DNA from: Candidatus Saccharimonadota bacterium
Lineage (GTDB): Bacteria; Patescibacteriota; Patescibacteriia; 2-12-FULL-60-25
Direction of reading: 5' to 3'
Assembly: GCA_023898425.1 (NCBI GenBank)
Contig: CP060222.1
Span: 30,001 to 62,000, forward strand
Length of the DNA: 32,000 bases
The position numbers and the translations under genes are program-made. Positions 16,591 through 25,526 of this stretch are shown here, in pieces. The notes beneath the pieces were generated by a model. That model saw nothing but the letters and a program-made list of their open reading frames with translations, was not told the origin of the DNA and did not search any database. Position 1 is the first letter of the stretch. Every line of letters starts with the position of its first letter.

Positions 16591-18461
16591 GCTTTTTTGC
16601 CCGTACCTGGTTCTAAAAGTTCGGAGTCAACATTTGCTACCGCAAAGATCTCTTCGACGCTTGTAATGCCATCAAGAGCCTTTAATAAGCCATCTTGAGC
16701 CATGGTAATCATACCGTGCTTCATGGCGAGTCCTTGGATCTCTGCTTCGGTTGCATCTGCATCTGGGCGAAGGATGGCTTCTTCAACATCATTTGTAACA
16801 GTAAAAATTTCGTAGATACCAACACGGCCTTTATAGCCAAAGCCTCCGCAGGTTTGGCAGGTCTTATCATTACCTGGGCCCATAAATTTCCAGGCAGATT
16901 CTGGAGGTACGATCTCGCCACTTGCTTCTGGGATCGCGTCTAATAATCTTTTTACTTGTTGTTTTTGGGAGGTGTTGAGTTTTACTTCTACTTTGCAATC
17001 AGGACAAAGACGACGTAAGAGACGTTGTCCGATAATGGCATTGAGAGCAGGAGCTAGTAGAAATGGTTTTACCCCCATCGAAAGAAAGCGAGGAATTGCG
17101 CCAGCTGCGGAGTTGGTATGAATCGTCGAAACAACAAGGTGGCCAGTAAGAGCTGCTTGAATGGCGATTTCTGCTGTTTCGGTATCACGGATTTCTCCGA
17201 CCATCACCACGTCTGGATCTTGACGGAGGATAGAGCGTAGACCTTCGGCAAAGCCATAGTGCTTATCATGTTCAATTTGGCTTTGATTGATGCCTTGGAG
17301 TTTATACTCGATCGGATCTTCGAGGGTAATGATTTTGTCTTCTGGTTGATTAAGCTGCTGAAGAATCGCGTAAAGCGTTGTTGTTTTACCTGATCCAGTA
17401 GGACCCGTTGTAATAATCATGCCATTAGGCTTTTCGATCTCGGCCTTTAGCGCTTCAAAGGCATGTCCACGAATACCAAGTTTATCAAATTCGAGCGCAA
17501 TCGCTTTAGGACGCAATAAACGCATAACAACAGACTCGCCAAAAGCTGTAGGTAAGAAACTCACACGAATATCTACTTTTTCGTTGGTGAGATAAATGGT
17601 GATACGACCATCTTGCGGAACATCTTCAATATTGATTTTTACACCGGCAAGTAATTTAAGACGGGTGATGATTTGTTTCCAGGCTGTTTTTGGAAGAGAG
17701 GCGCCTTCGCGCAAGCGTCCATCAATACGAAAACGTATTTTTACGTCTTCTTCCTCTGCTTCTACGTGAATATCTGATGCGCCAACTTTTAACCCAGCAC
17801 CAAACATCAGGGTAATAATGTCACTCGTATTAACTTGTTTAATCTTGTCTTGCAAGTCTTGAAAATTACCGATTTCTTTTTCGTATTTTGCGAGGTCTTC
17901 TTCATTGATTCGATAACCGTAGATGATTTCTTTTGGGGTCGGGAGCTTTTCGTAGAGTTTAAGAGCATTTGTCAGAGAGTGCTCGCTTACAAGATAAATC
18001 TTTACATTCGCACGACGATCTTTGGTGATAGATGCAGCCAAGGCTTCAATATCTTTATTGAAAGCGGTGGTTGCAAGTCGTACTTCATCACCAACGAGAA
18101 AGAATGGTACGACATGTAGCGTTTCGGCGGTATCGCGCGAAATAAGCATCAATGCCTCAGGCGCAATCGGAAACCCTTCAAGAGAAATATACTGCAACCC
18201 TAACTGACTTGCTTTGGCAGCCGTTTGTTTTTCTTGTTCTTGCAGAGCAATCTCTCCAATCTTACTCTGAAGGGCTTGTGGTGCGCTTTGGTTGTCAGTA
18301 AGAGGTTGCGCTTTTTTGTCAGAAGGCTTGCTGGTTGGCGGTTTTAAGCCGCCACCTTTTGAGGCAGTTTTTTTACCGGAGGTATCCGAAGTATCGTCTC
18401 CTACTTTGCTTGAACCAGAAGGTTTTTTGAGAAGGTCTTCAATAGAACGTATCGTTGTCAT
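16587..18461 (-). CDS. pilB: Type II/IV secretion-family ATPase (PilB/GspE-like type IV pilus assembly ATPase)
   Basis: Walker A GPTGSGKTTT, Asp/His boxes, and the tetracysteine CPDC...CQTCGG. An N-terminal T2SSE_N-like segment follows a Lys/Ser/Pro-rich tail of about 70 aa. Confidence 0.92.
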   Translation of the reverse strand: MTTIRSIEDLLKKPSGSSKVGDDTSDTSGKKTASKGGGLKPPTSKPSDKKAQPLTDNQSAPQALQSKIGEIALQEQEKQTAAKASQLGLQYISLEGFPIAPEALMLISRDTAETLHVVPFFLVGDEVRLATTAFNKDIEALAASITKDRRANVKIYLVSEHSLTNALKLYEKLPTPKEIIYGYRINEEDLAKYEKEIGNFQDLQDKIKQVNTSDIITLMFGAGLKVGASDIHVEAEEEDVKIRFRIDGRLREGASLPKTAWKQIITRLKLLAGVKINIEDVPQDGRITIYLTNEKVDIRVSFLPTAFGESVVMRLLRPKAIALEFDKLGIRGHAFEALKAEIEKPNGMIITTGPTGSGKTTTLYAILQQLNQPEDKIITLEDPIEYKLQGINQSQIEHDKHYGFAEGLRSILRQDPDVVMVGEIRDTETAEIAIQAALTGHLVVSTIHTNSAAGAIPRFLSMGVKPFLLAPALNAIIGQRLLRRLCPDCKVEVKLNTSQKQQVKRLLDAIPEASGEIVPPESAWKFMGPGNDKTCQTCGGFGYKGRVGIYEIFTVTNDVEEAILRPDADATEAEIQGLAMKHGMITMAQDGLLKALDGITSVEEIFAVANVDSELLEPGTGKKA

Positions 18462-18473
18462 AAATATGACTCT

Positions 18474-18482
18474 ATTCTAGCA
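18474..18482 (-). promoter_or_regulatory. Extended -10 element for pilB
   Basis: On the minus strand: TGC-TAGAAT, 12 nt upstream of ATG 18461. Confidence 0.45.
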
Positions 18483-18484
18483 CG

Positions 18485-18508
18485 AAAAAGGAAGGCTTAA
18501 GCCTTCCT
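18485..18508 (-). terminator. Terminator hairpin with the stop codon of the upstream membrane gene at its apex
   Basis: Perfect 20-nt palindrome aggaaggctt/aagccttcct (18489-18508), followed on the minus strand by ttttcg. Confidence 0.65.
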
Positions 18509-19534
18509 CATAAACCAACGGATGATTCTGTGTATTTTTGGGGCTAATCCACCTTCACCCAGCTCTATAAAGAGGTGATGCCATACTCCGTATTGGAACG
18601 AAACGGTTACCGCAGCCGCTACAAACATTAAAGCGATGAAAAGTGTACCTCCAAAGAGATAGGCAGCGTAGAGAATTGCGCTATTATTTAACAAGGCAGC
18701 AGCAACCATCACCAAGAAAATAGGCACTCCCATTACGGCAAATAAGATAGCAACAGCAGATAAGGCGATTGTATTGATAAACCAAAGCGCAAAACCAAGC
18801 TCAACAAGATGAAGCCATTCGCGACGAGCAAGGTCCCAAGCACGTAGAATGCTCTCCGCAAGACGAGAGCCTTGATGAATAATCGCATTTAACGCAAAGA
18901 TATGGGTAGCGATTACGAGTACTGTAAGCACGAGATAAAATATTGCTCCAACAACCGAAACGAGGGTAAGTAATACGCTCGGCGTGCTTTGTGAAAGAAC
19001 ATACGGTAATAGTAAGGCGAAACGAACAATCCATGCCAAGAAACCAGTAACAAAGGTGAGACCAACAATTTGCCAAAGATGTTTTGAGGCGGATGTATAA
19101 GCTAATTGTGAGAGGGGTTTCTTTGCATCAGCACGACCACCATGACCATAAACGATAACACCTTGAGCAAAACAGGTAAGTAGAAAAACGCCGATAGCAA
19201 CGAGAATCGTAACCGTGATGTTTAAGGCGTTAAACGCGTAACTTGAAGGACTTGAGGTAAAGTCTTGAATCCAACCAAGCACCGTTTGAAAGACAGCTGG
19301 TGTAAATAATAGGGATCCCGTACTTCGGACGGATTGAAAGATATTCGCGGCGACATCAAAAATACCCCCACTGATGATCGTGCTTGCGAGGATTGCCCAA
19401 GGCCACATCCATTTTTCATGCCAAGCTTTCTGAAATGCGCTTGGGAGAACGTGACGGTAAAAGGAGCGAAATAAGGTGCTCTGTTTTTGCGAATCATACC
19501 GTAATATTATACCACAGATAAAAAGTCTCGACAT
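18497..19534 (-). CDS. Polytopic integral membrane protein of unknown function
   Basis: At least 6 hydrophobic helices. The start is uncertain: ATG 19534 sits in a terminator loop. Alternatives are ATG 19408 or a frameshifted ATG 19497 (see findings). Confidence 0.75.
   Translation of the reverse strand: MSRLFICGIILRYDSQKQSTLFRSFYRHVLPSAFQKAWHEKWMWPWAILASTIISGGIFDVAANIFQSVRSTGSLLFTPAVFQTVLGWIQDFTSSPSSYAFNALNITVTILVAIGVFLLTCFAQGVIVYGHGGRADAKKPLSQLAYTSASKHLWQIVGLTFVTGFLAWIVRFALLLPYVLSQSTPSVLLTLVSVVGAIFYLVLTVLVIATHIFALNAIIHQGSRLAESILRAWDLARREWLHLVELGFALWFINTIALSAVAILFAVMGVPIFLVMVAAALLNNSAILYAAYLFGGTLFIALMFVAAAVTVSFQYGVWHHLFIELGEGGLAPKIHRIIRWFMRKA
19506..19514 (-). promoter_or_regulatory. Extended -10 element
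   Basis: On the minus strand: TGG-TATAAT, 8 nt upstream of ATG 19497. Confidence 0.45.
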
Positions 19535-19551
19535 GATGTCGAGACTTTTTT
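19520..19551 (-). terminator. Rho-independent terminator after the 839-aa gene
   Basis: aaaaagtctcgaca tga tgtcgagacttttt (14-bp arms). Confidence 0.8.
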
Positions 19552-19582
19552 ACCCTGTATTAAAGCGACTTGAAAAATGCAG

Positions 19583-22102
19583 CTATTTTGGTGGGACATT
19601 GTTATGGATAATGGGTTGGATTATCTTATGAAGTTTGTCTTGGGTCTTTTTATCGAGCTTGCTTATTTCAGCGCTTAATGAAGTAAAGCTTTTCATAACG
19701 TCTTGGTCGCTCATTGGTGAATTGGATGCGTCACGGATCTTTGGCTCGCTTGCTGTATCTATTGTTTGACTTAGCCAAAGCATGGTTTGTGGGTCGTTCA
19801 ATTGCTCTTCAGTGAGAGACAGGAGTCCAGAAAATCGTATAGCATTCGCGATACTGAGCGCTTCTTGTTTTTCTTCTGGTGAAAACGTAAGCGTAAGTAT
19901 GGTCTCTTGGTGGCTTATCGTTGGTATCTTATCCACGTCTTCAATCGCGCTAGGTTCTTGAGATTCTTCTTGAGGGTTTTCTAGCGCTTGTTTTGTTTCT
20001 AAAAGTGCTTCAGTGAAGGCACTTCTTTGAAGTTGCTCTAATTGCTGTTCTGAGCCTCGGGTACCGGCAACAGGTGTGCCATCGACTTCAAAACGTCCAA
20101 CAGTACCATCTTGTGTAGGTAAATCAACCAAAGAAACAACGTGTGAATCTGTGTTTTTTATCTCGGTTCCATCAACAAGATATCCAGCGCCAACACTTGT
20201 TTTTATACCGTTGGCCATCAGCATCGCTGAAGTGAGAGCTTGAAAATCCGTACATACACCCGCATAGAGTTTACCTGCCGTATCCTCGGTAAGACTGAGC
20301 TCGACAAGTCTTTCTTGCATAAAAGCAAACTGACTCTTCATATCTGCGTAACGAGATTTCTCGTCTCTGACTTCTCCGTTATCAAAATCATAAAAACCAA
20401 ATTTTTTGCTATAAGCTTCAATTTGTTTAACCTGATCAGGTACAGGTAATGAGCGGATACTCTCTATAAATGCCTTTGCATGAACAGGCAAGCTCTTTTT
20501 GGTATATTCTTGTAATTCTATCTCAGGCGCAGCCACCTTTTCTGCGTACTGTGCTGTTGTAATTCGTTCTGGTAGGGGCTGAGGGCCTTGAGGGGCAATA
20601 TCAAAATGCAGCCGAGGTTTCTCTACGGGGTCTTGTGTGTCGTAGCCTCCATGTCGGCTAGTTGTGGTTACCTCAAATTCACCATCTGGTTGATCTGATT
20701 CAAAATAAACCAGTTCTTTTGTACCTAGTTGGTTTAATGGTCTAGGTAGTCTTTGCGGGTACTCTTGGTTTGGTAGTGTAACGGTAATAACTTCATCTGA
20801 TGGAGCATTTGCAGTGTTATGGGGAGGATATTTTTGTGCATCGAGACTACTCAACCAGGCTTCGGGTCTATTTTCCGAAGGAGTCACAAAACGGTCATGG
20901 ATCTCGGTATAAAGCATTCCCGAATACGGTTTGGACAAGGTGCCAATGATTTTAGGAGTTTCTTTTGGATCTCCAGAGTCAGCGGCGGATTTATAAAAAT
21001 CCTTTGGTCTAAATGGCCTATCAACGGTAGAAAATGATCCTGTACCTAGGTGCTGTTTCAGCTGTTCTAAGAATTCTGGCTTGTCTGGGTAAGCAATTTT
21101 GAGGTAAACAGAGATATTGCCTCTTAAATTTTTTTCTTGAAATGGAGACCGTATGGATTCAGGAGCCGTTTTTTTTATTTCTTGTATAAAGCCTAATGAC
21201 TTAATGCTTGGCTGATTGAATAGACCTGGCTTTATCCATTTGTCGATTTTAGCGGCCCTTGTTTGGAGGACGTTTATCTTAAGTAGCTCGCTAATTTCTT
21301 GACTCCGTTTTTGTAATGCGTCGAGATTAATTTTGCTTACGTCATCTACTTCTGCAAGATCTTCTAAAAAATCATTTATCAATTGAGCACGCTGACTATT
21401 TATCGTATCGCCAGTTTTTTCTTCAGCCTTAAGAAAATCTTTGAGTGATGAACGATAAGACCTTAGATAGCTACGAATGACTGACTCAGGGTTGTCCGAA
21501 GAGTACCCGGTATTTGCCCTCTCACCACTCTGTAGTTGCCTAATTAGCGCATATAAGCCAAAACCTCCCTCAGATTTAGCTAGTCTATCACCAATCGTTG
21601 GTTCTCCGCCTCGCCAGCCTCTTAACCCTTCTATCGCATCATAGGCATGTTTTTGAGCAATCTCTAGCTTTGTTGCTGGTGGAAGGGTAGGAGTCTTCTC
21701 GATTTTTTGCTTTGCTATTGCCGCAGATTCTTTTGAGTACGCAGGTTTTGTTGTGGATTCTCCTTCTGCGTCAAGAGGCATTTTATCTAATTGCAGTATT
21801 AAATTTGCTCTATTGGCGACATTACTTTGTCGAAAAAGAGACTTGACTGTATCGGGAGCAAGCTTTGCTACCGTACAAATACGCAATGCCATACGCTCGT
21901 CATTTTGAAAAAGTAAGGTTTTAACAATACCAGCCGTTTCTTCAGGAGAGAGCTCGCCTGATTTAATTTTTGTTCCAATTTCGTGATAGAGAGCAACTTT
22001 TTTTGAGTTACTTTCTGCTTTCGTTGGTTGAATGTTTTCTGTTTTCCGAGCTTGCTCCGAAGCCGATGTCGATTGTTTTTTTTCACCACTCTGTTTAAGC
22101 AT
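19583..22102 (-). CDS. Large cytoplasmic protein with a C-terminal transglutaminase-like cysteine-protease core (839 aa)
   Basis: Cys-His-Asp pattern GVCTDFQALTSAMLMANGIKTSVGAGYLV ... DSHVVSLV ... FEVDGTP. No signal peptide or TM segment. The N-terminal ~600 aa is unassigned. Confidence 0.7.
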   Translation of the reverse strand: MLKQSGEKKQSTSASEQARKTENIQPTKAESNSKKVALYHEIGTKIKSGELSPEETAGIVKTLLFQNDERMALRICTVAKLAPDTVKSLFRQSNVANRANLILQLDKMPLDAEGESTTKPAYSKESAAIAKQKIEKTPTLPPATKLEIAQKHAYDAIEGLRGWRGGEPTIGDRLAKSEGGFGLYALIRQLQSGERANTGYSSDNPESVIRSYLRSYRSSLKDFLKAEEKTGDTINSQRAQLINDFLEDLAEVDDVSKINLDALQKRSQEISELLKINVLQTRAAKIDKWIKPGLFNQPSIKSLGFIQEIKKTAPESIRSPFQEKNLRGNISVYLKIAYPDKPEFLEQLKQHLGTGSFSTVDRPFRPKDFYKSAADSGDPKETPKIIGTLSKPYSGMLYTEIHDRFVTPSENRPEAWLSSLDAQKYPPHNTANAPSDEVITVTLPNQEYPQRLPRPLNQLGTKELVYFESDQPDGEFEVTTTSRHGGYDTQDPVEKPRLHFDIAPQGPQPLPERITTAQYAEKVAAPEIELQEYTKKSLPVHAKAFIESIRSLPVPDQVKQIEAYSKKFGFYDFDNGEVRDEKSRYADMKSQFAFMQERLVELSLTEDTAGKLYAGVCTDFQALTSAMLMANGIKTSVGAGYLVDGTEIKNTDSHVVSLVDLPTQDGTVGRFEVDGTPVAGTRGSEQQLEQLQRSAFTEALLETKQALENPQEESQEPSAIEDVDKIPTISHQETILTLTFSPEEKQEALSIANAIRFSGLLSLTEEQLNDPQTMLWLSQTIDTASEPKIRDASNSPMSDQDVMKSFTSLSAEISKLDKKTQDKLHKIIQPIIHNNVPPK

Positions 22103-22110
22103 AGACCTTT

Positions 22111-22119
22111 ATTATAGCA
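22111..22119 (-). promoter_or_regulatory. Extended -10 element, predicting a leaderless mRNA for the 839-aa gene
   Basis: On the minus strand: TGC-TATAAT, 8 nt upstream of ATG 22102. Confidence 0.5.
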
Positions 22120-22121
22120 AT

Positions 22122-22151
22122 AAAATTCCCTCCATAATAGGAGGGAATTTT
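22122..22151 (-). terminator. Rho-independent terminator after ftsH
   Basis: aaaattccctcc ataata ggagggaatttt (12-bp arms). Confidence 0.8.
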
Positions 22152-22152
22152 A

Positions 22153-23997
22153 TTAGGCTTCTTTCTTTAATGAGTTTTTTGCATTTGCCGGCGGAAGACC
22201 GACGATATCTTCAAATTGCTCACGTTCGATTGTTTCATTCTTTACGAGGTATTCTGTAATACGATCCATGGCTTCGCGATTATCCGTGATGATCTTTTCT
22301 GCTGTCTTGAGGCCTTCTGCGATCAAGGCATCGATCTCATCATCGATGGTGATAGCGCGAGATTCGGAGTAGTTACGCGCTTCGTGGATCTCACGCCCTA
22401 AGAAGACCATTTCGTCGCTCTGACCATAGGTGCGCGGCCCGAGTTTATCGGACATACCCCATTGCGTGACCATGCTACGAGCCGTTTGTGTGACTTTTTG
22501 CATATCACTTGAAGCGCCTGTTGTGAGGTCACCGCAGATGAGTTTTTCGGCAGCATAGCCGCCAAGACTTACGGCAATATCATCAATATAATCCGCACGG
22601 CGACGCATGGCGCGATCTTCGATAGGGAGTTTGATCGTGTAACCGGCGGCACGTCCACGGCTGATAATGGATACTTTGTGAACAGGATCTGCATGTTTAG
22701 AAAGATGAGCAACAAGGGCGTGACCTGCTTCGTGATAGGCGGTGACACGTCGTTCTTCTTCATTCATGAGATGGTTTTTGCGCTCAGGGCCAAGCATGAC
22801 TTTTTCGATGGAGTTGATGAGATCCATCATACAGATTTCTGCTTTGTTACCACGTGCAGCAAGAATGGCGCCTTCATTCATAAGACTCATGAGATCTGCA
22901 CCAGAAAAACCAGGGGTGCGTTCTGCGAGTTGGCGAATATTTACATCTTTTGCCATTGGTTTATTACGTGCATGGATTTGAAGGATTTCTTCACGGTCGC
23001 GAATATCAGGAGGATCAAGTGTTACACGACGGTCAAAACGACCAGGGCGAAGAAGAGCAGGATCAAGCACATCAGCGCGGTTGGTTGCGGCAATGACAAT
23101 CACACCAAGGTTTGTCTCGAAGCCATCCATCTCTACGAGAATTTGGTTAAGCGTTTGTTCGCGCTCGTCATGTGAGCCACCGAGACCCGTACCACGTTGG
23201 CGACCTACGGCGTCGATTTCATCGATAAAGATGATACATGGAGCAGACTTTTTTGCTTTTGAGAAAAGATAACGCACGCGCGAGGCGCCAACACCAACGA
23301 ACATTTCGACAAACTCAGAACCGCTGATATGCAAAAAGGGCACATCGGCTTCGCCGGCTACGGCGCGAGCAAGCAATGTCTTACCCGTACCAGGCGAACC
23401 CATAAGAAGAACGCCTTTTGGGATTTTAGCACCAAGCTTAGAAAACTTTTCTGGCTGCTTTAAGAATTCAACGACTTCTTCGAGCTCTTGTTTTGCTTCG
23501 CGAACACCAGCAACATCCTTAAAGGTTACTTTTCCTTTTGTAGGATCAAGTTCGCGTGCATTGCTTTGACCAAAACTCGCTGCTTTATTGTTTTGACTTT
23601 GTACTTGGCGAAAGAAAAAGAACATCAAGAAGCCGATCAAGAGAACGGGTAAAAGCGTCTGCAATAGAATGCCACCCCAAATACCGGCAGCGGACGGTTC
23701 TTTGATCTCGGTTTTGATAGCGCGAGCTTTTTCTGGATCTACACCGTAGTTTTGGAGCAATTCAGAGACAGCAAGACCTGATTCTTTGTTAACAATCACC
23801 GTTGAGTCGTCTGTAAGAAGAACGGTCATCTTGGTGCCTTCGACAGAGATTTCTTTTACTTCATTAGCTGCGACCTTTGAGGCAAAGCCTGCAATGTCGA
23901 GTTTGGTTTGTTCTTTAATGGATACGGTCGCGAGTCCAATGGCAATAAGCACAATAGAACCGATCACGATCAAGATATTACGTGTTGTGGAGTTCAT
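22153..23997 (-). CDS. ftsH: ATP-dependent zinc metalloprotease FtsH
   Basis: N-terminal TM segments, AAA Walker [12 protein letters not shown], an SRH region and the HEAGHAL zinc motif. 614 aa. Confidence 0.97.
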   Translation of the reverse strand: MNSTTRNILIVIGSIVLIAIGLATVSIKEQTKLDIAGFASKVAANEVKEISVEGTKMTVLLTDDSTVIVNKESGLAVSELLQNYGVDPEKARAIKTEIKEPSAAGIWGGILLQTLLPVLLIGFLMFFFFRQVQSQNNKAASFGQSNARELDPTKGKVTFKDVAGVREAKQELEEVVEFLKQPEKFSKLGAKIPKGVLLMGSPGTGKTLLARAVAGEADVPFLHISGSEFVEMFVGVGASRVRYLFSKAKKSAPCIIFIDEIDAVGRQRGTGLGGSHDEREQTLNQILVEMDGFETNLGVIVIAATNRADVLDPALLRPGRFDRRVTLDPPDIRDREEILQIHARNKPMAKDVNIRQLAERTPGFSGADLMSLMNEGAILAARGNKAEICMMDLINSIEKVMLGPERKNHLMNEEERRVTAYHEAGHALVAHLSKHADPVHKVSIISRGRAAGYTIKLPIEDRAMRRRADYIDDIAVSLGGYAAEKLICGDLTTGASSDMQKVTQTARSMVTQWGMSDKLGPRTYGQSDEMVFLGREIHEARNYSESRAITIDDEIDALIAEGLKTAEKIITDNREAMDRITEYLVKNETIEREQFEDIVGLPPANAKNSLKKEA

Positions 23998-24094
23998 AGC
24001 GATGGAGGGACTTTAGCGGACGAAGCGCATCTAGGCAACTCTTCAATAAGGTATCAAAAAACCCTCCATTGGCAGGGCTTTTTGTAAAAGAAGA

Positions 24095-25171
24095 TTACTC
24101 TTCTTTTTTGTCGTCGCGTGGCTTGCGAAGAGAGAGGCCGAGACGATGGCTTTCTGCATCTATAGAGATGATACGGAAGTCGAATTCGTCACCGACACGA
24201 GCAATTTCATTCGCGTCTTTTACTGGCTTGTTGGCAAGCTCAGAGATGTGGGCAAGACCGTGGATTTCAGGGTCGAGCTCAACAAAGAGACCGAATGGAT
24301 TGATTTTAAGAACCGTACCCTTAACATATTGGCCAAGGTTGTATTTTGCTGCAACGGACTTCCAAGGATCGTCGACAAGTTTCTTCATGGACAAGAAGAT
24401 CTTTGCGTTTTCGATGTTGATAATCTCGGCACGAACATGATCACCGATCTTGAGCACGTCACGAGGGTGATCGATACGTTGCCAAGCAATTTCGGAGATA
24501 TGTACGAGACCTTCGAGGTTCTCATCAAAGCGGACAAATGCACCGAAGTCAGTAACGGCTGTTACCTTACCTTCTACGTGATCACCAACTTTGTATTTAG
24601 AGAGAACGGATTCTTGCTTGGTTTCCCAAACAGCTTTTTCGGAAACAACGATCTTTTCGTCATCTTCGTTGATGTCGAGAATTTTGACATCGAGCGTTTG
24701 ACCAACGAGTGCTTTGAGCTTCTCTTGAATCTTTGCTTTTTCGCCGCCGCTTACGCGTGGGTAGTTAGCAGGGGAGAGTTGAGAAACAGGGATAAAAGCT
24801 GGGATACCTTCGACGCGGGTGATAAGACCACCTTTGTTTGCATCCAAGACCTTTGCTTGAAAAACAGTATCAGCTTTGATGATTTCTTTGATCTTGTCCC
24901 ATGAGCGTTTGCGACCAGCGCCTTTGAGGGAAAGTTCGAGCTCGCCGAATTCATTATCAAGATGAATAACAGTAGCTTCAACTTCGTCACCGATACGAAG
25001 ATCCATGTGCTTATCAAGCTCTGGACCACGGATGATACCGATAGCAAGACCACCAATATCAAGACGTACTTCGTTACGACCGACAGAAACGACGGAGCCC
25101 TTTACGACACCACCAACTGTTGGGTAGGCGATATTCGCATGAGCTTCAAGTAACTTTGCGATTTCAGACAT
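24095..25171 (-). CDS. rpsA: 30S ribosomal protein bS1 (four S1 domains)
   Basis: 358 aa with repeated S1/OB motifs (GxVxGxV...GaFV...EGLvHISE). Confidence 0.92.
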   Translation of the reverse strand: MSEIAKLLEAHANIAYPTVGGVVKGSVVSVGRNEVRLDIGGLAIGIIRGPELDKHMDLRIGDEVEATVIHLDNEFGELELSLKGAGRKRSWDKIKEIIKADTVFQAKVLDANKGGLITRVEGIPAFIPVSQLSPANYPRVSGGEKAKIQEKLKALVGQTLDVKILDINEDDEKIVVSEKAVWETKQESVLSKYKVGDHVEGKVTAVTDFGAFVRFDENLEGLVHISEIAWQRIDHPRDVLKIGDHVRAEIINIENAKIFLSMKKLVDDPWKSVAAKYNLGQYVKGTVLKINPFGLFVELDPEIHGLAHISELANKPVKDANEIARVGDEFDFRIISIDAESHRLGLSLRKPRDDKKEE

Positions 25172-25322
25172 AATGAGAAAAAAATAACGACAGGTTAACC
25201 TGACGCCCGAGCTAACGATAACCTGTCTGTTGTCGTTATGACCCCGACCTTAGGCGATCGAGGTGTATGCCGTGCGTTAAGTTCGCCGGTCCATACAAGA
25301 ATAAGGGTGTCAGTTGGCGCGA

Positions 25323-25351
25323 ATATTAGCGAAAAATGATTAAAAGGTCAA
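25323..25351 (-). promoter_or_regulatory. Sigma70-like promoter for rpsA
   Basis: On the minus strand: TTGACC-N17-TAATAT. The leader of about 145 nt contains a long hairpin (about 25184-25239). Confidence 0.6.
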
Positions 25352-25472
25352 CCCTTCGACTCGCTTCGCTCGCTCAGGGTGACGGCTGGGATCCCTCGGC
25401 TTCGCTAGCGCTGCGCTCGGGATGACGGCTGCAGACCCTTCGACTACGCTAGCGCTTCGCTCAGGGTGACGG
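25351..25472 (+). repeat. Three tandem degenerate 36-39-nt repeats
   Basis: R1 25351-25386: acccttcgactcgcttcgctcgctcagggtgacggc. R2 25391-25429: atccctcggcttcgctagcgctgcgctcgggatgacggc. R3 25435-25472: acccttcgactacgctagcgcttcgctcagggtgacgg. Confidence 0.85.
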
Positions 25473-25496
25473 TGACAGCCTACTGTCAACAATGAT

Positions 25497-25515
25497 GCCC
25501 GCCGCCTAGGCGGGC
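25497..25515 (-). terminator. GC-rich hairpin downstream of the GIY-YIG gene
   Basis: gcccgcc gccta ggcgggc. A second small hairpin, tgacag ccta ctgtca, lies at 25473-25488. Confidence 0.5.
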
Positions 25516-25526
25516 AACCTTTGTGT

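Noticed and set aside
24146-24904. A 252-aa ORF antisense to rpsA. Similar antisense ORFs occur in ftsH (22678-23175), rbfA (4349-4675) and smc (5406-5696).
   Set aside because: All are nested in strongly supported genes on the other strand. None has a recognisable motif or an independent signal.
25351-25472. A possible CRISPR array, suggested by the tandem ~37-nt repeats.
   Set aside because: The units are contiguous, with only 4-5 nt between them and no spacers. They are degenerate, and no cas genes are present in the window.
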